Position numbers and translations under genes: made by a program. A DNA stretch of 64,000 nucleotides from positions 743,709-807,708 of the forward strand of contig NW_003314305.1 in the NCBI RefSeq assembly GCF_000143415.4, read 5' to 3'. Below are positions 11,941-22,728 of the stretch, piece by piece. Within the stretch, counting starts at the first letter, position 1. The number at the start of each line of letters is the position of its first letter. The stretch is from Selaginella moellendorffii (Eukaryota > Plantae > Lycopodiophyta). Below the pieces are notes generated by a model, which saw nothing but the letters and a program-made list of their open reading frames with translations, was not told the DNA's origin and searched no databases.

Positions 11941-12430
11941 TCGGCGGGAGGGAAATGTGCTCGGGATGGAACGCTAGAATTTATATTTTTTTAGCTAGCT
12001 TTAAATAAATATGGTGAGAAATACCTCATAGGGAGGCAACTGAGGGAGCACATTCGTGCCCGTCCGCGACGACGACCAGAATTGATCCATTATATGTTTT
12101 ATAGTGGTACCTTTATGTTCATTAATACAGTATTTGTACCCAGTTTTATATAAGATCACAGCTTGTATGATCAATACTTATTGTTATTACAGGAGGGGAA
12201 AGATCATGTAGAATAGGCATAATTTTCCATCGTCGTTCGTTGTTGTTGTCAATCAATTCAATCAATCAATCAACGTTCATACAAAGAATTTTCACGTACT
12301 GCAACTATGCAAAGGGATTAATCACTTTATTCGCCACTTACTTACAAAAAAGTTAGTAACCTTTCTATATAAACTTCTATTCCAGCGGGTATCCACCGCA
12401 TAATCTATTTGAGCAGAGAACATTAGAGCT

Positions 12431-14332
12431 ATGGCGGAGTCACAAGGCGTACCTAAACTGATGTTGAATCCAAGGGAGAAACTCACTGGAGCGCTTTTGA
12501 TTGGCACCGCATTTGCAACTTTCGTCGCGACACTTCTGCTCACTGCCATCTTCGCGGTTCCAAAGATGAGCAAGCCACCTCCAGGGGATTACTACCCGGA
12601 TATCATCAAGGAGGACAAGTGTTCTACGTGCTGGGAAGCCACCGTCTTTGCCACAAGCTCCGATCCATTCTACCAGTGGGTCTCTGATTCCTCAGTCCCG
12701 GATACTCTTAACGCCTCGCTGAGGGGAACGCTTGCATACCAGAGGGCCAGCATCTGGCGTGTTTCGGGCAATATCACCTCTACAAATGAGAGGTCCTTGT
12801 ATAGCTCGCCAGATCCCCACATTCTTGGAGGAGAGCTTGTCAAAAGAAGCAGGACTCTGGTGTGGAAGATGACAGTCTACTGGGGGATGAGTGTAAGAGC
12901 TTGTTTCGACATCCAAGATCTCATCGAGGAGTCCTGTCTCTACACAACGCCGATCGTCCAGACCGCTCTTGGATCATATGCAGCGCTCTTGGTTGGCGTT
13001 CCGTATCGGAAGGCTTCACAGGAACCATATGCCGTGGAGAGCAGCGCTTTGTATCTGGACAATAGTGCGGTGTATTTGACGAACTTTGTGAGCAACGCTA
13101 GAACCAGTGCTGGATTGAAGCTCAAAAGCTCTGGCAAAGGAATCAAGAACTACGTCTACGAAGGCCAGGTTTGCAACAGGGCCTCCCCGATCCTCGTCAC
13201 CCCGGACGTGGTTTCTTACATGGGTTATCCAAGCTTCCAGTGCGCTTGCGATGGTAACCTTTGCCTTGTGGGTCTGGACTTCACTGGGACAGCTTCGAAT
13301 GAGGATGATATTTTTCCTCTGAAACTAAATGCCTCCGGGTGTGGCCAGGGCAATTCGTTTTGGGATTACGATAGGTTTCCTTTGGAAGAGAATAGAACCA
13401 GCTTCTACTCTTACAGCCCGAGATGGGAGACATCGATACTACTCGAGGTGAATTTCATCACAAACTTCATGGAGGCAATCCGTGGTCCCAACCAGATACT
13501 CAAAGATTTCGTTTCTTGCACCGAGGACACGATCCAGAAGAAGGCTCCGAGCGATGACACACTAGTGTCAGATCTGCAGGAGTGCTTGAAAAGTCCAATT
13601 GTTGCCGTGAGCCCTATCTTTCAAAAAAGACTCGTAAATGGGGAAATGTTTAAAGATCTCGTGGACACCTTAAATAGCGACGTTCCAGACGACGAGGACG
13701 ACAACTTCTTGTGTGGCATGGACGAAGGCCAGTCAAAGATGGCGGACAAGCTGTGCACGGTAAGCTTGGAGGATCTAAACATGCAAGTTCTGGAGAAGCG
13801 CTTGAGGGAGTCTCTAACGGACGTGCAAAGGTTCATGAAGAAGGAATGGGAGAGCACTTCGTCGCAGAGATCGGACATAACTGTTGGGATTGTCACAGCG
13901 GTGGTGACCATCCTTGTGACCATCTGGGGGATGTTCAACAGGGATTTGCAAGAGGTGGAGGCGTTGATCTTGAAGCACACAGGCAATTTCACCAGAGTTG
14001 TGCAAGCGACAATAGGACTTCCACTGTTTAAGACGGGAATTCGGGGTTTTCTACTCTTGGGTGTGATCGTGTGGAACATGTTTAACGTGTTTGTCAGCTT
14101 GAATGCTGTGGGAAGTGAGCCCCGGCTTGCCACCTCGAAAACACTACTTCAGCAGCAGCAGGGGGCCTTGTTCTTGGTGACTACAACTTCAACAGTTCAA
14201 GTCACTCCATCTTGGATTATCTTCTTTGCAGCGTGCTCGTTTGCAATCTTTGTGCTTGCCACAGTACCTTTCGGTGTGTACGTTCGCATGCGCTACGTGG
14301 AAAGAAAAGAAGAGGTAACTGTACCAGCTTAA
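12431..14332 (+). CDS. Unknown 633-aa intronless protein, predicted 4 TM helices with a large Cys-rich loop (copy B, intact)
   Basis: Uninterrupted ORF. Hydrophobic segments at about aa 20-43, 485-503, 540-558 and 597-619. Motifs conserved with a divergent paralog at 24874-26798. Confidence 0.9.
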   Translation: MAESQGVPKLMLNPREKLTGALLIGTAFATFVATLLLTAIFAVPKMSKPPPGDYYPDIIKEDKCSTCWEATVFATSSDPFYQWVSDSSVPDTLNASLRGTLAYQRASIWRVSGNITSTNERSLYSSPDPHILGGELVKRSRTLVWKMTVYWGMSVRACFDIQDLIEESCLYTTPIVQTALGSYAALLVGVPYRKASQEPYAVESSALYLDNSAVYLTNFVSNARTSAGLKLKSSGKGIKNYVYEGQVCNRASPILVTPDVVSYMGYPSFQCACDGNLCLVGLDFTGTASNEDDIFPLKLNASGCGQGNSFWDYDRFPLEENRTSFYSYSPRWETSILLEVNFITNFMEAIRGPNQILKDFVSCTEDTIQKKAPSDDTLVSDLQECLKSPIVAVSPIFQKRLVNGEMFKDLVDTLNSDVPDDEDDNFLCGMDEGQSKMADKLCTVSLEDLNMQVLEKRLRESLTDVQRFMKKEWESTSSQRSDITVGIVTAVVTILVTIWGMFNRDLQEVEALILKHTGNFTRVVQATIGLPLFKTGIRGFLLLGVIVWNMFNVFVSLNAVGSEPRLATSKTLLQQQQGALFLVTTTSTVQVTPSWIIFFAACSFAIFVLATVPFGVYVRMRYVERKEEVTVPA

Positions 14333-15195
14333 ATCATGCATGTTTATATAATTAATATGTATTCTTTGATGAGTGCCGCAACATTTGGATATAGATAGAG
14401 CTCAAGAAAAAGAGAAACTGATTAAAATGAAAGTAAGTAAAAAGTGTCAACCCACTCAATTTCATGCTGTGTAGAGTATCTTCTCATGTGTTACATGCTT
14501 TTGGTATCTGGAAAGTGTATAGTTTTTGCTTTTCTAAGGCATACAGCTTGCTTTCATTAAGCAGTCTTTATCTATTGTATTTGAAAGCAACGGTTCCAAG
14601 CATCCGGGCTACTGTCTTTGGAATAGAAGTTACTTACAGCCAGCTCTCGTGCTTGATTGCATTCGCCGCGCCCTTTTTCTTCCTCGTACAAGTAGGCCGT
14701 GGCATTGCCATAGCTTCTATGCTATGCTGCTCAATGTTCTCTTCTAACCATATATGATAACTCTTGTTGCATGAATGTGGATTTAAGAGAATTTCTCAGC
14801 CCACCACCGGGTGTTTTTGAAGATTCCCGACCAGGGCATGGAGCACAGTGGTGGAGTGAAGTTTTGTTTCCTCCTGGTGCCTGAGGAGTTTTAACGACCT
14901 CTGATATCAGTCCGAGCCAAATAACAATCTCATCACCCTCCACAGCAGAGCTCAAGAGAAATAGAAAGTAGATCCACTCCTACGAATTTTGCGGCGAACA
15001 GCTTGAGACTATGAGCACAAAAAGGCCAGCCCCACATAATGTGTGTGGTTTACGAACTATATCCAGGGATGATTGCGTCTTTCAACGCAGCAATAGCACA
15101 TTACTTCAGTATCGTGATCTATGATCAATTTTTTTATCCAAGAGGGCAAAAGAGAATAAGTCGTTTATAAAACCAGTAGTGTAGAATGCCGTTCT

Positions 15196-16221
15196 CAAGA
15201 GAGCAGCCAGCCACGCCATTGAAGACTTCGCAACCGTGATTCGCCACTGTGCCAAATCCAAGGACTTGGCAAAGGGTCGCTGGATACACAGCCAGATCAT
15301 TTCAGATCAAATGGAATACAGAGAGAACGTCTTCCTGGTCAATTTGCTCGTGCAGATGTATGGAAAATGCGGTAGCCCAAATGATGCCAAGCAAGTGTTT
15401 GACGCCATCGACGCCAAGAACGTTTTCTCGTGGGCAGTTATGATGACTGCATATACGGGTATCTGCAAGATGCTAAGCTTATATTTGACGAGATGCCCGA
15501 TCGGGATACTGTTGCGTGGAATACAATGCTTGGAGCGTACGCACAACACGGGCATGTAGACGAGGCAAAGATTCTTTTTGATTCGATTCCAAATCCCAAC
15601 ATTGTTTCGTGGACGACAATGCTTACAGCATATGCTCAAAGTGGGTATATGTCTACCGCGAAGCATATGTTTGATTCTATGTCACTTCGCAATGCAATTG
15701 CATGGACATCAATGCTTGCTGGATATGCAAGACTCGGAGGTATCTTAGCATCTTGAGGATTGTTTCGAAAGATGCCCCAGCATGACACTATATCAGCTAC
15801 TGCAATGGTTTCGGCATTTGCCGCGAGGGGCAATGACAGAGAGGCGTGTGCCTTGTTCGAGAATATGCCGGAGAGGAACGTCTTCTCATGGACGGCATTG
15901 CTCCAGGGATATGCCGAGAATCGTCTTCTAGACAAGGCAAAGAGCTACTTTGACAAGATGCCAGCATGGAATCTTGTGCCGTGGACTGTGCTCGTCGTTT
16001 CATATGCTCAATCCGAGCGGCTTGAGATTGCACAAGACTTGTTTGTGGAGATGCCCGAGCGGAGCATAGTGACTTGGAATGCCTTGTTGGCAGCGATTGG
16101 GCATGCCAAGTCTTTGGAGGAAGCGAAGCTTTTCCTTGTCACTATGCCCGCATGGAACTTGGTGACCAAAAACACAATCTCTCAGATCAAGGAAGTCAAA
16201 CAAAGTGAAACCACTAGTTGA
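15196..16221 (+). pseudogene. PLS-class PPR pseudogene (copy 4)
   Basis: Same PPR unit, with a frameshift near 15455 and a TGA at 15754-15756. Confidence 0.9.
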
Positions 16222-16237
16222 CTTGGCTAATGCTTCT

Positions 16238-16535
16238 GTCATGAGCTTGCTGGAAGAGGAGGCGTCATCGTTGGTGGATCGAACCACAGCCATGCAACGC
16301 GGGATACACAAGACTCTATTGCAGAAGGGAAAGACCATGGAAATGAAGAGCGAGAACAACTACAACTTCGATGTTATACCAGGATCTCTTCCTGCGGTCT
16401 AAGAACATTGACTTGTTTCCGGAGAACGAGCAACCGCTGCTTTGGTGGTGTTATTGCAAGATGAACTGCTTCAGACTTCTTGTACGCTGTGCACAGGCTG
16501 AGGCCGAACTATTTGCTGCTTCCTGCGAACGCTCT
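16238..16535 (+). pseudogene. CAT: Catalase relic fused 3' of PPR copy 4
   Basis: Same motifs as 4887-5185. Confidence 0.8.
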
Positions 16536-16539
16536 CAAA

Positions 16540-17153
16540 TTTGCACGACAATCTCCATGAAATTCAGGTCAATTCACTCTAATCTCAACAACCAACTCGA
16601 GCCACTTATACAGATGACAGAAAGCCTCAAGATGATCTCTCTCTCGTATCTACTCTCAAAGACATCCCAGCTTGGGGAATTCGAACTCCTAAGGAGCACC
16701 AGCCTGCCTCACGAATTCTCAAACACTAGCTTATATACTACCTACGCTGTCATTCCATGATCCTCTTGGGTCACAACTGCGGATGCCCGATAGCAAATTC
16801 CTCCAGGCATCATTAGAAAATCCTCTGCGCCACCTTGCCACCTGACCTTGGGCGGCACAAGCTTTAAGAGCAGACGCATAGGTTTGTAAAGAAGGGAGAG
16901 CACTTCGGCAGAGAGATCAAGGATTACTATTAGGATCGTAAAAGGTCACCAAAGTTGTGGGACTTCCATTGTTTAAGATGGGAGTGTTTGTGCTCGTGGG
17001 TGTGACGTGTTCATAAAGCTTGTGAGCCTCGCCTTGCCACTTCAGAAACACTTCTCCAGCAGCTCAATGGGATCTCGTTCCTAGCGACTACAACCTCAAC
17101 ATTGCAATCTAATTTGTATTTTTCAGTTACTTTTTTTGTGTGTACATTCGCAT
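16540..17153 (+). pseudogene. Second relic of the unknown membrane-protein family
   Basis: Duplicate of 5190-5810. Also retains ggacttcca.tgtttaaga (GLPLFK), which is present in copy B. Confidence 0.7.
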
Positions 17154-17619
17154 GAAATAACTGAGGAACTGTGCTTCCAAGCGAAATTCAAGGTTAAAAT
17201 GAGAGGGGTACACTGCAAAAGAAACACTAGCCCGAAAAGCAAAGATCCAAATGCTATTGGAATAGAAGCAGCCACATTCTCCACCAGAAAGCATAGCATC
17301 CATAGACGACATACAGCTTGCAGTCATGAAAGAATCTCTATCTCTTCCTTTTATTTCATTTGCTAGACTCTTCATTGGTTTTGTGTTTTATGGACGTCTG
17401 AAAACTCGAACGTTGCGCTAAAGATTTGGCCCACCAGAAGCATTAGAAAGCCGAGTCAACTTGTGGTTACACTTTGCTTGGCTTCATTGATTCGGTCTGG
17501 AGAACATTAAAGAGAAACCAAACAAGAGAATGGGACTTACGAGCATGCAAACAAGCACAATACAAGGCTTTTCATGAGCAGGGCAGAATGGGTGCGAGGC
17601 GACACGCGAAGAACAGCCA

Positions 17620-19330
17620 TCGGCGTGGATCTGGGCGACGATGCTCTCTCTTGGGGGCTGTGGAGTAGGGAAATTCAGAGCTCTCAGCAAGATAATGCTG
17701 AGAATCGTCTTCTAGACACAAAACGCTACTTTGACAAGGACTGTGCTCGATGCTCAATGTGAGCGGCTTGAAGTCGGACGAGGCTTGTTCTAAGTGGAGT
17801 ATAGCGACTTGGAATGCCTTGGTGACAGCGATAGGGCATACCAAAGAAGACTGGCCCTTGCAGTTGGCGATATAGTGTCATGCCGAGTCTGGCAACATGG
17901 AATCAAACATATGCTGTTGTCCATAACAAGGGTTAGGATCAAAGAGAATCTTGCAGCAACATGCATATGAACCAATCCATGCAACAGTATATGCTTTTAG
18001 TTTTGATTTTTGCCACTCAGTGGTTTTTGTGATTACTTGTTGATGTTGAGATTGAGACGGACATAGTACTATTATTTTCCCTCTTGGCTTTGTTCTTGAA
18101 TTGTAGTTATTATCTTTTCATAAATATTAAATGTTTACTTTTAAAACAAAATTCTCTCCACACAATAAAACGTTCTTGGCTCGCTTGGCATCACTTGTAC
18201 TAGAGCATCGAGCATATGCCCAATCTGGGCATATGCTCCAGTCATTGCATTCCACACGCATCGACGTATACCCAGAGGGTGCTTATGGACAAGGCCAAGG
18301 AGGTGTTCAGGCTGGCAAAGGATCCGGCTGTGGACCTCTGGGGATGATCGCCGAGAGTGGGATCTTGAGACAGCCAAGGCGATGGTGCACAGGATGAAAA
18401 CTCAAGTGTGGCTTCTTGCACGCCATTGTTTGACATAAAGGCTGGAGAAATCAGCGATGCACAGGACGTCTTCAACAGGATGATGGGTTTACCTCGATCA
18501 GGCAATATTCTCTGAGGCAAAGGGCATCTTCAAGCTCATGCCCAACACAGTCGCATGGAACACGATCATCCCTGCTCATGGAGAGATGAGGAGGTGAGAA
18601 TTATGTTCGAAGGGATAGGAGTGCAGCGTGACGACTTTGGAAATATCATAATCACGTGAAAGCTGATGGGACTCTTGATAAGCTTGTCACTAAGGTATTT
18701 GCAATTTGCATAATTTTGTTTTGTAGATAATCCTCTTTATTGCGGAAGTTTGACGAGCTCTCTTATCGAAGGTCTTTTCCTCGGCAAGAATGTAGTAGTA
18801 GTGTAAACCTATTGCCGTCCGAGAAGACGTCCTCGGCGGTTTGGAGGTGCCCGGCCCGGGCGTAAGCGGAGATGATGATCTCGAGAGAGCAGCCAGCCAC
18901 CCCATTGATTCGTCACTGTGCCAAATCGAAGGACTTGGCAAAAGGTCGCTGGATACACAGTCAGATCATTTCAGATGGCATGCAAAGTCTTTGGAGGGTT
19001 CCTTGTCACACGGTCTAAGCAAGAACATTGACTTGTTTGCGGTGAATGAGGAGCCTCATTTATTACGACAATGAACTGCTCGTGTGCTGACACCCAGATG
19101 AGGCCGAATTATTTGCTGCTTCCTGCGAACGTCTTAAATGTGCAGAACAATCACCATGACGAAGAGGTATGACAATCAGCGGTTTGCTTTTTTCCTTGTG
19201 CTTGTACTCAACAGGTTTCCTTCCCTTCTTGTTACGCTGGGCGTGTTTCTACTACGAGAAAAGGTCTAACATCTCATTTATGCTTTGGCAATGGATACGT
19301 TTAACTGAATCCACTGTGCTCCAGTTCCTA
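17620..19330. pseudogene. Scrambled PPR fragments plus short catalase relic (duplicate of 6590-8160)
   Basis: Colinear with 6590-8160. AYAQSGH and AYAQIGH motifs occur on opposite strands; KNIDLFAVNEE at about 19020. Confidence 0.65.
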
Positions 19331-20539
19331 AATCTAACTGCAAAGCTGTAATTATCGTGGGAAAAGAAAACTCGCAAGTTATTTTCAACTTCAAGAGTTG
19401 CCTGAGATCAAGCACCTGAGACTGTGGAATGTTCTTATCACCATCTGTGTTTTGCCTGTATTTCCCTGGAGTTGATACTTAGGCTCTTCACGAGGTAACG
19501 GCTTTCGATGTTGGCTACCTTGTCCATGGCCATGAATCTCTGTTGTTGCTAGACGACCACTCTTCCAGACTCAAGATGCGACCCACCAGGAAGTAAAGAA
19601 AGCAGAGCCTGAAAAGACACTCACATACCACACTGCCCTTTCTCTGCATGGTTCATGTGTCTTCGTCTGCCCGAAACTCCAATTGGCTGAGTAAACAAAC
19701 ACATAAGGTCGGTCGTCATTGCAGTGAAGGCGAAGAGCTTCTCTTTACGTTCCAGCGGCTTTTTAAGCTGGAGCAGGCCCGAGGTCCAGAGCTACTCTTC
19801 CTCTCTCGTTCATTGGCTTGCACAGTTTTCATGGAGAGTGTTCTGTTTCTTTCCTTTCTTCTCCTTTTTTTTCTCCCAGTTCAGTAAGCACGCGACGCAG
19901 CAGCTCCTACAGCTTACCGGGGAGATCGAGACCTCGTGCTGAGTTTTTGTTTTACAGGTAGCTCTGGAGAATTCGCAAGCTTCTCCCAAAAAAAGGCTGT
20001 CCAAGTTTCTAACATCCAATACGCCTCTGAAGCATCCGTTCTTTACTCGAAGCGAGGTTCCCACTCGCCAGCTCCTTGTATGTATACTTTTGAGGCAAGC
20101 CTTGCAGTGCCTGTCAAGCCTGTGCTTCCAGATCATCAGCACGACCAAGCCAACCGAATGCTCTGCGACCACCCTGACGAGAGTGGAGAGACATGCCCTT
20201 GTCCAGACACGGGGGGTTCAGCGGCGTTGTCAGGTTGATGTTGCTGCTGCTTTGCTGCTCGTGTGAGGCTAAACTCCCGTAGGCCACCCGCGGACATGAC
20301 TTGCAGTCAATCTCGTCGATAAGCCTGTCCATTTCCTGTACGGATTTATCGGCACTTGAAATAAGGCATTGCTCTTCCTTCGTTGATATCTTGAGCCTTC
20401 GGCTATTGTATCCAGGCCTTGATCCTAGACAATAGAAAAGACGAAAAGAAAAAGTGTAAGTCACCTTTACCTGTCTAGCTGAGAAGTAAAAGCTGAGACC
20501 ACAGCTATGCTCACAATCGCGATAAGAAGAAGCTGACAA

Positions 20540-21395
20540 AAAATACCTGGGGGAAAAGCAATGCTAATGAGTTCCTTGTCACCATTGACAAGCTGGGATA
20601 GCTGAAACCTGGAGTGTCAGCGAGCATAATGGCAGATGCAAGAGAAATGTGCCGCATCGTGTGTCGACCGCGAATGACTTCATTGTCGACTTCGTCTAGT
20701 GCCTGTACACGCGACAAGTTAGTTTCAGACGAACTTCGAAGGTATACAGACCTGGATGTCATCTGGTGGAAGGCAAGATTTTCCACGTAGAAAGTTGATC
20801 AAGCTCGATTTTCGGACTCCACTTGGGCCAAAAACAGCTGATGTTTTATCTTCATGAAGCCCCATACCAGTCTCTACACTGCATATGTATAGTTTATATC
20901 CCGACTCCATCAGCTGCTTCTCCCAGCTATCTTTCATCTGAAAACTAAAGATGATCCTTCTATCAGCTTTGCAAAAGAAATAAAACGGGTACCTCCTGAG
21001 TAACAAGATCCGCCTTACTGAGCACCACTGCTAGAGGTATTCCAGTAGACTCGCCTTCGACTAAGAACCTATTCATTATCACAGGATCCAAGCGCGGCCT
21101 ATCCAGCACCAGTAGCAAATCAACATTAGCCACTGGTATTTTGGAGAAGTGCTCTCACCACGTAAAGAAGCTTAATCCCTGCTCTAAAGCCCTCTTCTTG
21201 CAAGCTCATCGAGCGCTCCAGCTCGTTCACCACGACAGTCATGAAATTCGCCTGCGCCGACCTGACCTGACCGACTGCTCGATCCTCGGCTAAAAGATTG
21301 TCGAATCGCCTCACATCCGCTACATCACGCACCTGTTGATTCCACTGGCGAGAGACTTGCTTGGAATCGCCCCGCCGCTGCGCACCGGCATGCAA
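20540..21395 (-). pseudogene. rsgA: RsgA (YjeQ/EngC) small-subunit biogenesis GTPase pseudogene
   Basis: AVGQVRSAQANFMTVVV, RFLVEGESTGIPLAVVLSKADL (G4), GPSGVRKSSLINFLR (P-loop GK changed to RK), RGRHTMRH, LADTPGF. The G4-G1-G3 order is circularly permuted; short introns and deletions. Confidence 0.85.
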
Positions 21396-22079
21396 CCTAG
21401 ACCTCTACCCTTTTCTTTTTGGCGCCAAAATCGGGTTTAAATCAGATTTTTAGGGTTCTTGGGAGGGAAAAATGCACTACGTACATAATCTCGCAAGGAA
21501 GGTGTCTGCGGTACTTGACGCTCCACGCTTCTCGAAACGTATGAGATGGAAAGAAGACCATTTGAGTGAAAAAACAAATTTATTGTTTCTCACTCTTTAT
21601 TTTCTATCTCCAGATCGCGTTGAGAAATTTTAAATTCCAGCGGCTATGGGACGATCCATGATATGCTAGGTACCTTGTCTCAAATTCCTTGACCAACTTT
21701 GTTTTTCTTTGATTTTTTTTTTCCATCACTAGGATCGCTGCTTCTTTCCAGATACACTAAAGTAGCACTTGTTCCGGGGGGATAACGTCGAGGAGGCCTC
21801 CCCAGAGAGGCAACGGATTATGTTCCTTTGAGCGTTCCAGGAGTCAGCTTGCCGCATATGAAGATCAAAGCTTTGCATGGCAGCGTAAGTTCTTTCGGAC
21901 AATGCTTACACTCACACTGATGCTGGTTTTCCAGGAGGATGTCTCTTCGACTCTGGACTTGATCCATTCCAGCCGGTTCGAGTTCCTGTTCTTGGTCGAG
22001 TGCTCGGCTAGCAGACTAACTCCACTGAGCTCTCAAAGTCATCGCCATTCCTTTCTGGCTCAAACAAGGTTGTCCCTCG

Positions 22080-22720
22080 CAACAAATGCCGAATTGCCGT
22101 CACTGTTATAGTGTCATGCTGGGGCATCTTTCGGAAGAATCATCGAGAGACCAACATGCCTCCTTATTCTGGCTCTTCATCTGATTATACAACACAAAGA
22201 AACTTCGTCTTTGACGAAAGCCTTACTTCTTCGCACTAGTCTTGCATATCCAGCAAGCATTGCGATTGCATTTCGGGGTGACATGGAATCAAACATATGC
22301 TTTACGCTGGACATATACCCACTTTCGGCATAAGCCGTAATTAGGACAAGAAGTTTGGATCCGGTGCATTGTCAACGTGTGCATATGAACCAAGCACTGT
22401 ATTCCATGAAGCAATATCTCGAACCGGCATGTTGTCAAAGATAAGTTTAGATGCCCATATGCCCATATGCATCACCATTGAAGACCACGAGAAAACGTTC
22501 TTGGCGTCGATGGTGTCGAACGCTCGCTTGGCATCACTAGTGCTACAGCATTTTCCATACATATGGCCGAGCAGATTTGCCAGGAAAACGTTCTCCCTTT
22601 CGATCTGGCTGTGTATCCAGGGACCCTTTGCCAAAGTCGGCACAGTGGCGAATCATAGTTGCAAAGTCTTAATGGCTGCTCTCTCTCGAGCACTCTTTAG
22701 AACAGCATTCTATAACACTC
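22080..22720 (-). pseudogene. PPR pseudogene, inverted and more diverged copy of the repeated PPR unit
   Basis: LAKGPWIHSQIERENVFLANLLGHMYGKC...KRAFDTIDAKNVFSW. Stops and deletions. Confidence 0.8.
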
Positions 22721-22728
22721 CTAAGGCC

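Larger units (their letters stand above)
1530..20665 (+). repeat. Mosaic tandem segmental duplication (about 1530-9320 vs about 12342-20665; 1-1530 also matches about 14559-16430)
   Basis: Colinear, near-identical blocks: membrane gene, PPR, catalase relic, membrane-gene relic, scrambled PPR pieces, RsgA relic. Window position 1 matches 14559. Confidence 0.9.

Noticed and set aside
474-16221. Rescue of PPR stops by RNA editing or splicing
   Set aside because: The lesions are mostly indels that differ between copies and lack splice signals. Plant C/U editing acts on organellar, not nuclear, transcripts.
21470-22080. Possible additional spliced gene fragment
   Set aside because: Intron-like tracts are visible, but I found no coherent frame or recognisable family.
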